NCBI GenBank assembly: GCA_050014415.1 | Contig: JBEKDJ010000002.1 | Coordinates: 1-48,576 of the forward strand | From: Thermodesulfobacteriota bacterium | GTDB lineage: Bacteria > Desulfobacterota > BSN033 > UBA1163 | Length of the DNA: 48,576 nucleotides | Direction of reading: 5' to 3' | Part shown: positions 18,007-26,714 of the stretch, piece after piece | Numbering within the stretch: position 1 is the first letter of the stretch | Layout: each line of letters begins with the position of its first letter | Made by a program: the position numbers and the translations under genes | The notes under the pieces: model-generated | The model's input: the letters and a program-made list of their open reading frames with translations, nothing else | Told to the model about the DNA's origin: nothing | Database searches by the model: none

Positions 18007-19283
18007 TCAGCAAAGGGCGGTTGAGGGATGACTATTTTTTTTTGTTTTTTCCCGCATTTCTTCGGCCATTTCCTTGATCTCTGTCAGATCCCTCTGCATC
18101 TTGCTCCAGCTATACCAAAATGCATAATCCGGGTTGGCATGAAAGGTCCCCTGGAATGTTCTCATCCGGTGTTCGAGAAACATCACAAACAGTTTCTGCT
18201 CAATCACCGTGGGGGCATCGTGGAAGGTGAGCAAGTCGGGGAATGGATAAACATAGTTCTTAGGTTTTGGCAGTATCCCGTCTTTATATAAAGCAGCAAT
18301 GGCACGAATTCCCTCTGCCATCAGGTGGTCGGCGGCTTTAATCATCTGGTCGCCTTTTGTCAGCTCTCCCTTGGCAAAATTGACGGAATGGTATTGGTTA
18401 CAAGTTTTGATCATCTTGTCGCGTTCTTTTTGCCAGTCTTCTTGAGTCAACCGAGCCACAGTCGCGGCTTTTACCACATCGAGCCGGTCAGTCGGTTTTC
18501 CTTCAGGATTGAGGACTCCGAGCGCCTGAAGAATGGTTACGCGGTCGGCTGCCCACTCTTTGTCCTCTGGCATCGGGAGACGCACTGCAAGGAATCCCCA
18601 GGCTGTTAGCACAGCGTGATTCCCCTCCTGCATGTGACAGGTTTGGCAAGTGGGTGCAGCAACATTTGGAGGAAGGGTCTTGATCTGTTTCAATCGGTAT
18701 TGAACCCCATGTTTCGAACCAGAATACATCTCCCATTGAGGGTGGTCGAAGCCCATATGACACGTCTGGCAGGCCTGGGGCTGCCTTGCTTCTTGGACTG
18801 AGAAGATATGCCGGGTATGGCAGGCATCGCATGAGGCCGATCCAAATCCCGCGCCCTCTTTTTTCAGTTCTTTGATATCCGCTTCACTTTTGAGTCCGAT
18901 TTTGTGACACCCGCCACACAACCTTTCATGCCTTCCGTCAATGCCATAGGTTGCCAGTGTATGGTTGGCATGGCTTCCATCGCTGCCCATGCGGCAGCAT
19001 GTTTCCCGGTCTTAAATTGCTTCACTGTTGCCTCGTGGCAATTTCCACAGGTCTCAGGTGTCGGAATTTGAGCTTTTGCGACATCTTGAGCAGACTTGTG
19101 TTGATCACCGTGACATTCTGAACAGTCAATCTTGTTTTGACTATGTTTGCTCAACTGCCAATCGGTAACAATATTAGGCGTCACCTTCTTGTGACAGTCC
19201 ACACAGAGCTTGGCTGAGGCAACAGATGCAGAAAGCGTGCTCCAAAAGATGATCAGAATCGTCTGGAGTATTGATCGTTTCAT
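18007..19283 (-). pseudogene. hao: hydroxylamine-oxidoreductase (HAO)-family octahaem cytochrome c, split by a 1-nt frameshift; 8th haem motif reads CNQYH
   Basis: N-terminal ORF (19283-18864): signal peptide plus CVDCH, CSECH, CGNCH. C-terminal ORF (18990-18007): CGGCH, CDACH, CQTCH, CQTCH, then CNQYH. The two frames overlap at 18864-18990. This could be a real lesion or an assembly indel. Confidence 0.8.
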
Positions 19284-19330
19284 GTTTCCCTTCCCTCGGA
19301 TTGAGACTCCCCTTTCGTTCAAGAAGGATC

Positions 19331-20398
19331 TTAGAATAGGCTGAACTTAAAATATTTCCCCGGATGCTCTTTGATATCTTTTAATACCGCATTCAATTCT
19401 TCAACGGTTCCTTTCAATTCCCTGGCCAGTTCCTGGTCCCTGATCAAAGCCCCTGCCAATCCCTCCCCTCTGTCTATCCTTGCCAGAATGGAGGAGAGCT
19501 GTGTGAAATCCTTGTTCAGGTTCTCATACAGTTCGGGATCTTCAATCAGTCTATCGAGGGTTCCGTGACTGTCGGCTATTCTCTGGCTGAATTCTTCTAA
19601 CCGCGAGACAACAGCCGATGTCTTTTCGTACAGAGATGGGTCTTCGATCAATCTCTTCAGGGTGCCTGGTTCCTTGAGCGTCTTGCTAAACTCCTCAATC
19701 GATGAACTGGCTGCTAGCAATCGGTTGTAGAGGGAAGGGTCTTCGATTAGCGATTTGAGAGTGCCATGCGAATTATTTGCATCTTCTAACATGACGGACA
19801 GGGTACGAGAGCTTCTCATCAAATTGTTGTATAGGGTTGGATCGTTGAGAAATCTGGCAATGGTCCCCTGTCCTTCTTCAATTCTTGTAACGAGGTTGTC
19901 CATTCTTTCCATAAACAGGGTTATTTTCTCGATCGCCTTGCCACTGGTTTCCATGACACCTGTCAATCCGACCTCTGTCTGCCCCTTAATCATCTCCCCG
20001 GAATGAATCGGTTCCGCCTCCGGCGAACCCGTGCTCAGTTCCACGTACTTGTCACCCAAAAGGCCCATGGTCAGGATGGTTGCATACGAGTCTTTTTTAA
20101 TAAATCTGAGAGCGCCCCTATTGACAGCCACGGTGACCATGACTCCATAGACCGAATCTAGACTTATGTTTCTTACTGACCCTTCCTCGATGCCAAGTAT
20201 CCAGACGGGAGCCCCTTTTCTCAGTCCTTCCACATCTTTGAATTGTATTCTTAAGACCTCTTCTTTTGAAAATATATTCTGGATGTTCCCTGCAAAGAAA
20301 ACGGCCACAACGAGAGCAAGAAAGGCAATGGTCATCACCAAACCAACTCTTAGTTTTGACCACCTGAGCTGTTTCTTGACATCAAACATGTTCGTCAC
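19331..20398 (-). CDS. mlaD: MlaD/MCE-domain protein with five ~34-aa C-terminal repeats
   Basis: N-terminal TM, MCE domain (GLRKGAPVWILGIEEGSV), repeated GTLxxLIEDPxLY units. Alternative ATG at 20389. Confidence 0.88.
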   Translation of the reverse strand: MTNMFDVKKQLRWSKLRVGLVMTIAFLALVVAVFFAGNIQNIFSKEEVLRIQFKDVEGLRKGAPVWILGIEEGSVRNISLDSVYGVMVTVAVNRGALRFIKKDSYATILTMGLLGDKYVELSTGSPEAEPIHSGEMIKGQTEVGLTGVMETSGKAIEKITLFMERMDNLVTRIEEGQGTIARFLNDPTLYNNLMRSSRTLSVMLEDANNSHGTLKSLIEDPSLYNRLLAASSSIEEFSKTLKEPGTLKRLIEDPSLYEKTSAVVSRLEEFSQRIADSHGTLDRLIEDPELYENLNKDFTQLSSILARIDRGEGLAGALIRDQELARELKGTVEELNAVLKDIKEHPGKYFKFSLF

Positions 20399-20563
20399 CT
20401 TAAGTCTGGGTCCTTTCTATTTAGGTTTGCTAAGAAGAGGTTTAATTCCGTGCCTCGGGGGCAGGATTCAACGTAGAGCGTGGAAGGTGGTCTTAGCCAC
20501 TTTCAGCCCTCTGCTTTCCCCTTTCATCCCATTGACCCGATGGGCCCTAGAATCCTCATGATC

Positions 20564-21304
20564 TTATGCGGGTAAGGGAGGATTTAACTCCCTCAGAAAT
20601 AACCGAATCTCCGGAATGGACGACCGGAACAACTGGTCTTTGTCACCGTCAAAAATGATCGAGCCACCGTTTAGAAACATGAATCTTTCCGCCAGCCTGA
20701 GGGCATCAAAGACCTTATGGGTAACGATAATAAAGCCTTTTTCATCTTTCGAAAGATCGAGAATCAGCCTGCATATAATATCGGCGTTGATAGGGTCGAG
20801 CCCGGTCGTCGCTTCGTCGTACAGAAACATCTGGGGTTCAAAAGCTACCACAGACCTCATGATTGCAACCCTTCTGTGCATTCCACCGCTCAATTCCTCG
20901 GGCATCAATTCCATCGCTTGCACGACCCCAACCTTATGGAGAAGGTCTCTTACTTTCTGGTCGATCTCCTCTTCGGTCAATTGTGTATATTCCCTTAAAC
21001 CAAAGGCGACATTTTCCCTCACATTCAGCGAGTCAAAGAGAGCTCCTTCTTGGAAAACAATGCTGAATTTCATTCTGATTTCCCTGAGTTCGTCTTCTCT
21101 TTTATTGGTGATATCTTCTCCATCGATGACAATTCTTCCAGAATCAGGCCTCAAAAGGCCCAATATGAGTCTGAGGAGGGTTGTCTTTCCGTCCCCACTT
21201 CCTCCAAGAATGGCAACCCGTTCGTTGAAGCGGATTGAGAAGGCGCTATTTTTCAAAACGTGATGTGTTCCATACGAAAATGAGACTCGGTCGAATAGTA
21301 TCAT
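20564..21304 (-). CDS. mlaF: ABC transporter ATP-binding protein (MlaF-like)
   Basis: Walker A GGSGDGKT, signature LSGGMHRRVAIMR, Walker B FLYDEATTGLD. 4-nt overlap with the permease gene. Confidence 0.9.
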   Translation of the reverse strand: MILFDRVSFSYGTHHVLKNSAFSIRFNERVAILGGSGDGKTTLLRLILGLLRPDSGRIVIDGEDITNKREDELREIRMKFSIVFQEGALFDSLNVRENVAFGLREYTQLTEEEIDQKVRDLLHKVGVVQAMELMPEELSGGMHRRVAIMRSVVAFEPQMFLYDEATTGLDPINADIICRLILDLSKDEKGFIIVTHKVFDALRLAERFMFLNGGSIIFDGDKDQLFRSSIPEIRLFLRELNPPLPA

Positions 21305-22065
21305 ATTGAAAAACCCAAAACATAGAACAGTACTCTTGTGAGGATAAAATCAGCAACAATGATCATGATAAACGACACGACCACCGCCCTCGTGGTTGAC
21401 CGCCTGAGACCGATGGCTCCGCCTTTTGTGGAAAGCCCCATATAACAGCTGATGCATGCGATCAGGTATCCAAAGATGAAAGGTTTGACAAAACCTGACA
21501 GAACATTCTCAAAGTTAAGCACACCTCGAATCGAACTCCAGTAGACCGCGCCACTTTGATGACTTATTGACACCGCTATGTAATAGCCGCCTAGGATTGC
21601 AACGGTGTCCCCTATGATGGTTAGGGCTGGGAGCATGATCAGCGAACCCAGTATCCTTGGGGTGACTAACTTTCTTACCGGGTCCACGCCAAAGACTCTC
21701 AGCGTATCCACCTGATGTCCAAGGATCATGGAACCGAGCTCCGATGCCATGCCAGAGCCTACTCGGCCGGCGAAGACCAGTGCCCCCATTACAGGACCAA
21801 TCTCCCTGACAATCGAAACCCCGACGATATTTCCGATATACATTTTGAAGCCAATGTTTGAGAGTTCAGCAGAAAGCTGAAGTGAGAGGGCCATTCCTAT
21901 GAAAAGAGAGACAAGGAGAATGATGAAGAACGACCCCGCTCCCGCGTAGTCCATCTGTTCGATGGCATCCTTCGAATAAAAAGGTTTTCTCACCAAACCT
22001 AAGAGTCCCTGGAAGGAGAGGAGATAGAAATCCTGGAGTTCACCGACCCACTCTCTTGTTCTCAT
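21301..22065 (-). CDS. mlaE: ABC transporter permease (MlaE-like)
   Basis: 254-aa polytopic protein with a typical MlaE/YrbE-type sequence (GPVMGALVFAGRVGSGMASELGSM). Confidence 0.9.
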   Translation of the reverse strand: MRTREWVGELQDFYLLSFQGLLGLVRKPFYSKDAIEQMDYAGAGSFFIILLVSLFIGMALSLQLSAELSNIGFKMYIGNIVGVSIVREIGPVMGALVFAGRVGSGMASELGSMILGHQVDTLRVFGVDPVRKLVTPRILGSLIMLPALTIIGDTVAILGGYYIAVSISHQSGAVYWSSIRGVLNFENVLSGFVKPFIFGYLIACISCYMGLSTKGGAIGLRRSTTRAVVVSFIMIIVADFILTRVLFYVLGFSI

Positions 22066-22126
22066 GATTCACAAGAAATGGATTCAATCCCGACAAAGGC
22101 GGGATGCAACGCCTTGAATCCTTATC

Positions 22127-22429
22127 CTAAAAAGCCACCGTTGAAGCCGAGGATACGGTCATAATGCTACATTTTTCGCCGTCTACAATGATGTTGTCCT
22201 CGTCACATACATAATTCTTGATCAGACGAATGTCGGAGGATGAATTAATCGTGCAACCCGGTATATCGAGAGATGCTAATGGCCTCGATGCTGTGTAAAA
22301 AGTTACTTTATGTTCTTCTCTGATGTACCAGCCGGTTGAACGCCCGAGATCCACACAGTCCGATGAGGCCAGGGTTGGAAGGAGCAACAGAATCGCCAAA
22401 CCCAATAGGATGATTGTTTTCACTGTCAT
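22127..22429 (-). CDS. hypothetical secreted 4-Cys protein (100 aa)
   Basis: Clear signal peptide MTVKTIILLGLAILLLLPTLASS. Four Cys. Lies 61 nt upstream of mlaE on the same strand. Confidence 0.55.
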   Translation of the reverse strand: MTVKTIILLGLAILLLLPTLASSDCVDLGRSTGWYIREEHKVTFYTASRPLASLDIPGCTINSSSDIRLIKNYVCDEDNIIVDGEKCSIMTVSSASTVAF

Positions 22430-22588
22430 CTTTTGACCCTTTTCTTTATCCTTATTCCTTTACCGCGATATCGGAATATTCATTTCTTCGACTTCCTCAG
22501 AGTTCCTTATCCTTCTTCGAGACGATGAATCGCACCACTTCTTCACCTGGAGCAGCAGTCTTCGATTTGGCTCAAGCTTCCCAACGAT

Positions 22589-22966
22589 CTATAGGACGGC
22601 GAGCGCAGTGGCAGTGTCAAGGTCCTGAGTGGGCTGGTGGCATCTGGAGACAGCCTGTGGCCTGCCCTGAAAAGATATGGGTAGCAGTCCGTCATCACCG
22701 GGTCCACAGATTGGCATTGTGCTGATGCCCCCACACATGACCAAGAGATTGAGGACATCCGAGAAGACCAACAAGAGGACGAGCATGGTGAAACAGAATG
22801 TGAGTCTTCCCGCGAATTCGACTGGCGATGTTTTTCTGGTATTCGTCCATTGTCCAGCGCTCCAAGCGAGCTTGCTCGAAGAAAGCAGTCTGGTTACAAC
22901 AGCTCTAATAGTTTGAGCGATGGCATAACCGATGGCCAAGATGGCAATTGCGTGGAGGAATATCAT
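22589..22966 (-). CDS. hypothetical membrane protein, possibly a decayed fragment
   Basis: Two TM-like segments in the first ~75 aa (AILAIGYAIAQTIRAVV is reminiscent of MscS-type N-termini), then low-complexity sequence. Confidence 0.3.
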   Translation of the reverse strand: MIFLHAIAILAIGYAIAQTIRAVVTRLLSSSKLAWSAGQWTNTRKTSPVEFAGRLTFCFTMLVLLLVFSDVLNLLVMCGGISTMPICGPGDDGLLPISFQGRPQAVSRCHQPTQDLDTATALAVL

Positions 22967-23005
22967 TCTTTCATCATCGCAGCCGCAGGCGGTTGTCAGC
23001 GATGG

Positions 23006-23299
23006 TTACTTAATCCATATCACAAGATTCTGCGTACCAAAAGGGTTGGAGACCAATTCTGGACCAGAAAGATCCTCAACCCAATCGTGGTCCACGAACA
23101 ACTTATATTCATAGCGTCCAGGGGGCAGCTTGATCTTTCTTTTCCAAACTCCGTTCTTGTCTTTTTTCATAGGGAGCGATTGGGTATCCCAAGAGTTGAA
23201 TTCACCTGCCAAGCAAACCTCCCGTGCCCCTGGAGCTTGAAAAGTGAATTCCGCCATCTTTTCAGGGGCTTTTTCTTTTTTCACCTTTTTCTTGATCAT
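23006..23299 (-). CDS. small glycogen-binding (CBM48 / AMPK-beta-like) domain protein
   Basis: FTFQAPGAREVCLAGEFNSWD...GVWKRKIKLPPGRYEYKLFVDHDWVED. ATG 23299 has SD aaggagg. The longer ORF start runs through a REP-like element. Confidence 0.8.
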   Translation of the reverse strand: MIKKKVKKEKAPEKMAEFTFQAPGAREVCLAGEFNSWDTQSLPMKKDKNGVWKRKIKLPPGRYEYKLFVDHDWVEDLSGPELVSNPFGTQNLVIWIK

Positions 23300-23563
23300 G
23301 TCACCATCCTCCTTCGCCCCAACCCCGTAAAGCCCGGTTCTTGCCCGGCCTCGCTCCGCGAAGCGGGGCGGGCAGAACAGGGACATAGGGATGCATCAAA
23401 ATATCTACCCCGCACCTTATCAAAGGTGCGGGATCTGTCTCAAAGAAAGCCCCGCGTCTTGACACGGGAGGCGAGAACTACTTCGTGTCATATCGAGCTG
23501 GCCGGCCACGAACTCTCTGGTCAGAATTTTCGCCCTTTCCAAGATGGGCTCAAAGCTTCCCTT

Positions 23564-24439
23564 TTATTCGTGATTCTTCAGACACTCCCTGGGAAGGGTG
23601 AATACGAAGTTTGATCCATCTTCTCTCGCCTCGTACCATATCTCGCCGCCGTGGTTCTCTATAATCCTCTTGATCAGATATAGCCCCAGACCCATGCCGT
23701 TGGCACTTTCGTTTTCGCTTTTTCCAATAGGTGCAAACTTGGTGAAGAGTTTGCCGCGGTTCTCTTGGGAGACAGGTTTCCCGCTGTTATATACGTTGAA
23801 GCGAAGAGACGAACCAGACTCTTCAAAACCAAATGAAACCTTTCCTTCCACGTCCCCATATTTGATGGCATTCTTGAGAAGGTTCCTGAAGATCGTTTTT
23901 AACCAAATCTTCCCTCCTTTGACGAAAAAACGGAAAGAAATAGCATCGAAGCAGTTGTGAATTTGGATATGGCGGTGTTTGATCTCTGAAGAAAACTCCT
24001 CTATGACCGGGTCAATGATATCCTGCTTCAAATCTAGTAATTCCTGATCCATTTCAAGATAATCATTGAACGAAAAGGTTCTGATCAGATGCTCCTCGGC
24101 CAACCCAATCAAGCCGATGGTCTTTGAAAGCACTTCCTTCAGGCAATTTGCCACGCCTTCTTCCATTCTCCCGTAATAGCCTCGGCTCAGAAGCTTCAGC
24201 GTGGCTGATAGAGAAACAAGAGATCCCCTGATATCATGAGACATGACCTTCAGCATGTTCAGGATATTCTCGTCCAGATTTTCTTCACGCATTTCAGATT
24301 GGAGATTCTCTCGTCCACCGGCTTGGAGCATATCTACCCGGCCGGTAGGCTCCGCGTTCTTGATGTGCTGGGGAAAAGGGAGATAAGTCTGCATTGGGTT
24401 GTCAGAGCCGGTGAAGACAGGAGGGGCTAACTTCTTCAT
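23564..24439 (-). CDS. soluble sensor histidine kinase (HisKA + HATPase)
   Basis: H-box MSHDIRGSL, N box LLKNAIKYG, G boxes NGMGLGLYL. No TM segment. Confidence 0.88.
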   Translation of the reverse strand: MKKLAPPVFTGSDNPMQTYLPFPQHIKNAEPTGRVDMLQAGGRENLQSEMREENLDENILNMLKVMSHDIRGSLVSLSATLKLLSRGYYGRMEEGVANCLKEVLSKTIGLIGLAEEHLIRTFSFNDYLEMDQELLDLKQDIIDPVIEEFSSEIKHRHIQIHNCFDAISFRFFVKGGKIWLKTIFRNLLKNAIKYGDVEGKVSFGFEESGSSLRFNVYNSGKPVSQENRGKLFTKFAPIGKSENESANGMGLGLYLIKRIIENHGGEIWYEAREDGSNFVFTLPRECLKNHE

Positions 24440-24650
24440 AGGGCCAGGCTCCTTTCAGAGTCTTATGAATTGAAGCTTCGTTTCTTTCTATGGTCATCCT
24501 AGTCTATTCTCTTGTAAAATGGTGTAAGATGTAAATCAGGCGAATCCTGTATTTTATGAGAAGAAATACGGTATTTTTGAAGCTGCCTTCCTCGGAATGA
24601 AGAGAATCTTCTTCATCTGAAGGAAGAAGAAAATGTTGGGGTTTCATGGG

Positions 24651-25037
24651 TCAGGGATTATCGAACTGCCGGTCTGACAGAATGGAATCGACCAATGCCA
24701 GAATTTCCGCCCTGGTCGATGAACCCTTCGAGAGAAAATAGTCGGCGCCATTTTGGAACGCAGCCTCACGATATTCCTGCAAATCATGGCTAGTAAGAAT
24801 GATGGTAATGAGTTGGGGATATTGGGCCTTGATTCTTTTTGTCAGCTCGAGACCATTCTCTCCGTGCAATTCGATATCCATGAAGACCAGGTCTACGTTG
24901 AAAGAGTCGATCTTCTGCAGGGCTTCTCTCCCATTGGCGGCCTCCAAGATCTCCATGGACGGGAATCGAGATTGTAAGGTTTCTTTAAGCAGTCGTCGAA
25001 AGAGGAAGCTATCCTCAACGATAAGCGTCCTGAACAT
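24651..25037 (-). CDS. single-domain response regulator (receiver), paralogue 1
   Basis: LIVEDS, LVFMDIEL, ILTSHD and LSKG landmarks. About half the residues are identical to the 26099-26509 product by eye. Confidence 0.9.
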   Translation of the reverse strand: MFRTLIVEDSFLFRRLLKETLQSRFPSMEILEAANGREALQKIDSFNVDLVFMDIELHGENGLELTKRIKAQYPQLITIILTSHDLQEYREAAFQNGADYFLSKGSSTRAEILALVDSILSDRQFDNP

Positions 25038-25136
25038 GGTTCCGGCTCTTGATCGAAAATTCTATTAAAACTACTTTACTAGAAGTCGGTATTATGGTAA
25101 ATAGACTCGGAACGGTATATTTTCAGTTATCATACT

Positions 25137-25150
25137 GTATTTCTCAGTAA
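25137..25150 (+). promoter_or_regulatory. operator-like word GTATTTCTCAGTAA in the divergent promoter region
   Basis: The exact 14-mer is repeated on the opposite strand at 26567-26580. It lies 22 nt upstream of the NarL-type regulator start and 100 nt upstream of receiver paralogue 1. Confidence 0.45.
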
Positions 25151-25171
25151 GAAGAAGGTAGGTGATTAACT

Positions 25172-25831
25172 GTGAAAGAGAAATACCGCGTTGTCATCGC
25201 TGAAGACTATACGATCCTCAGAGAGGGATTGAAGGCACTGCTCTCTTCAGACCCTGTGTTCGAGATCGTCGGAGAGGCAGCGGATGGCCGCGAGGCCATC
25301 CAGTGCGTTGAAAGACTGAAGCCTAATCTTGTCTTGATGGATCTCTCCATGCCGAGAATGAACGGGATGGATGCCATCAGGGAGATCAAGAAGCGATCTT
25401 CACCCACCAAAATCCTTGTCTTGACGATCCACAGGGCCGAAGAATACATTCTGGCGACCCTCAAAGCGGGCGCGGACGGGTACATATTGAAGGATTCTAC
25501 CCAGTCTGAGCTGATGATGGCCGTCAAGAGCGTTCTAGGCGGGAAACATTTTATTAGTCCCGGGATCTCAGAGAAGGTGATCGAGGGGTATTTGGACGGA
25601 AGAAAGATCCTGAAAACCCGAACATCCTGGGAGACCCTCACCCACCGTGAAAGGGAGATCCTAAAGCTGATTGCAGAGGGGTATAAGAACAAGAAGATTG
25701 CTGACCTCCTCGATATCAGCGCAAAAACCGTGGAGAAACACCGGGCCAACCTCATGCAGAAGCTGGACCTTCACAACACCTCAGCTTTGACGACGCTTGC
25801 ATTGGAGAAAGGGCTTATTTCCAGAGAGTGA
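25172..25831 (+). CDS. NarL/FixJ-family response regulator (receiver + LuxR-type HTH)
   Basis: VVIAEDY, LVLMDLSMP, C-terminal TxREREILKLIAEGYKNKKIADLLDISAKTVEKHRANLMQKL. GTG start. Confidence 0.92.
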   Translation: MKEKYRVVIAEDYTILREGLKALLSSDPVFEIVGEAADGREAIQCVERLKPNLVLMDLSMPRMNGMDAIREIKKRSSPTKILVLTIHRAEEYILATLKAGADGYILKDSTQSELMMAVKSVLGGKHFISPGISEKVIEGYLDGRKILKTRTSWETLTHREREILKLIAEGYKNKKIADLLDISAKTVEKHRANLMQKLDLHNTSALTTLALEKGLISRE

Positions 25832-26098
25832 TGGGGTGATTGAGAGGTCTTCAAATTGAACATTCAGCCCGCGAGGAAGAGTCCTTTTTCAAGGGGGGGT
25901 TAAAGAAATCGCTCTCGAAATTTTCAACGTGAACCTGGGGATGATATCGAACACGCCCTTTTCTTGCGATCGCCCATTCTCTGAGGTGGCAGGAGCAACG
26001 GATCGACCCATACTGGTTTCCCACCAATAATTGATTTGCCATACCCTGTCTGTGTACCATTGAGGTAGATACTCTCCCAGGCCAAGTGCTAAGAACGC

Positions 26099-26509
26099 TT
26101 AAGATTCCTTCTTTTTGCCCTCTGAGCCGGAGTCTCCTTTTTCCAAGAGGGAGTTGACAAGGGTCGTGATCGCCTCTCTCGTCACCGAGGCTTTTGAGAG
26201 GAAGTGATTGGCCCCGTATTGGCTTGCAGCCTGCCGGTATTCCAGAAAATCATAACTGGTCAGAATGATAATGCTCATCTCGGGATGCTCTTTCTTTATC
26301 TTCTTCGTGAGGTCGAGGCCGTTTCCATTCGGCAATTTGATATCCATGAAGATGAGATTGGGCAGGAAGGAATCGACTTTTTGCATGGCCTCCCCAGCAT
26401 CTGGAGCCTCCTCAATGGCCATGGAGGGAAATTGGGCATGGATGATCTCTTTCAGTGATTGCCGGAAGGCTATGTTATCCTCAACAAGTAATGTCTTGAA
26501 CATATCCAT
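26099..26509 (-). CDS. single-domain response regulator (receiver), paralogue 2
   Basis: LLVEDN, LIFMDIKLP, ILTSYD and LSKA landmarks. Confidence 0.9.
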   Translation of the reverse strand: MDMFKTLLVEDNIAFRQSLKEIIHAQFPSMAIEEAPDAGEAMQKVDSFLPNLIFMDIKLPNGNGLDLTKKIKKEHPEMSIIILTSYDFLEYRQAASQYGANHFLSKASVTREAITTLVNSLLEKGDSGSEGKKKES

Positions 26510-26550
26510 TTCTCCGCAGATGGTTTCGACTTGTCATAAAGACGCAGTCA

Positions 26551-26580
26551 TTCTCAGTAAACAACATTACTGAGAAATAC
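26551..26580. promoter_or_regulatory. perfect palindrome TTCTCAGTAA-N6-TTACTGAGAA (candidate operator)
   Basis: Arms at 26551-26560 and 26567-26576. 42-67 bp upstream of receiver paralogue 2. The right arm extends to the shared 14-mer. Confidence 0.5.
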
Positions 26581-26714
26581 CGCCTTTGGTCAATGGGGTA
26601 AACACTGTATTTGTTGTGATTTTATACTGTATTCGCGAGTGGCATTGAAGAAAGATAGGGTAGAAGCTTATCTCCTGTATGTTGATTTCCTCTTCCCCTG
26701 GCAAAGTATAAAGC

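Noticed and set aside
18681-18694. FNR-like half-palindrome TTGATctgtTTCAA
   Set aside because: It lies inside the hao coding region, has an imperfect right half and no promoter context.
18866-18990. Programmed -1 ribosomal frameshift in hao
   Set aside because: No X_XXY_YYZ slippery heptamer or downstream structure is evident in the overlap. A second lesion (CNQYH) in the same gene favours mutation or sequence error.
25851-26060. 69-aa ORF in the 267-bp convergent spacer between the NarL-type regulator and receiver-2
   Set aside because: No SD and no recognisable motif. It contains a degenerate piece of the REP-like element (PPLKKD from cccccccttgaaaaagg). More likely non-coding or a gene remnant.
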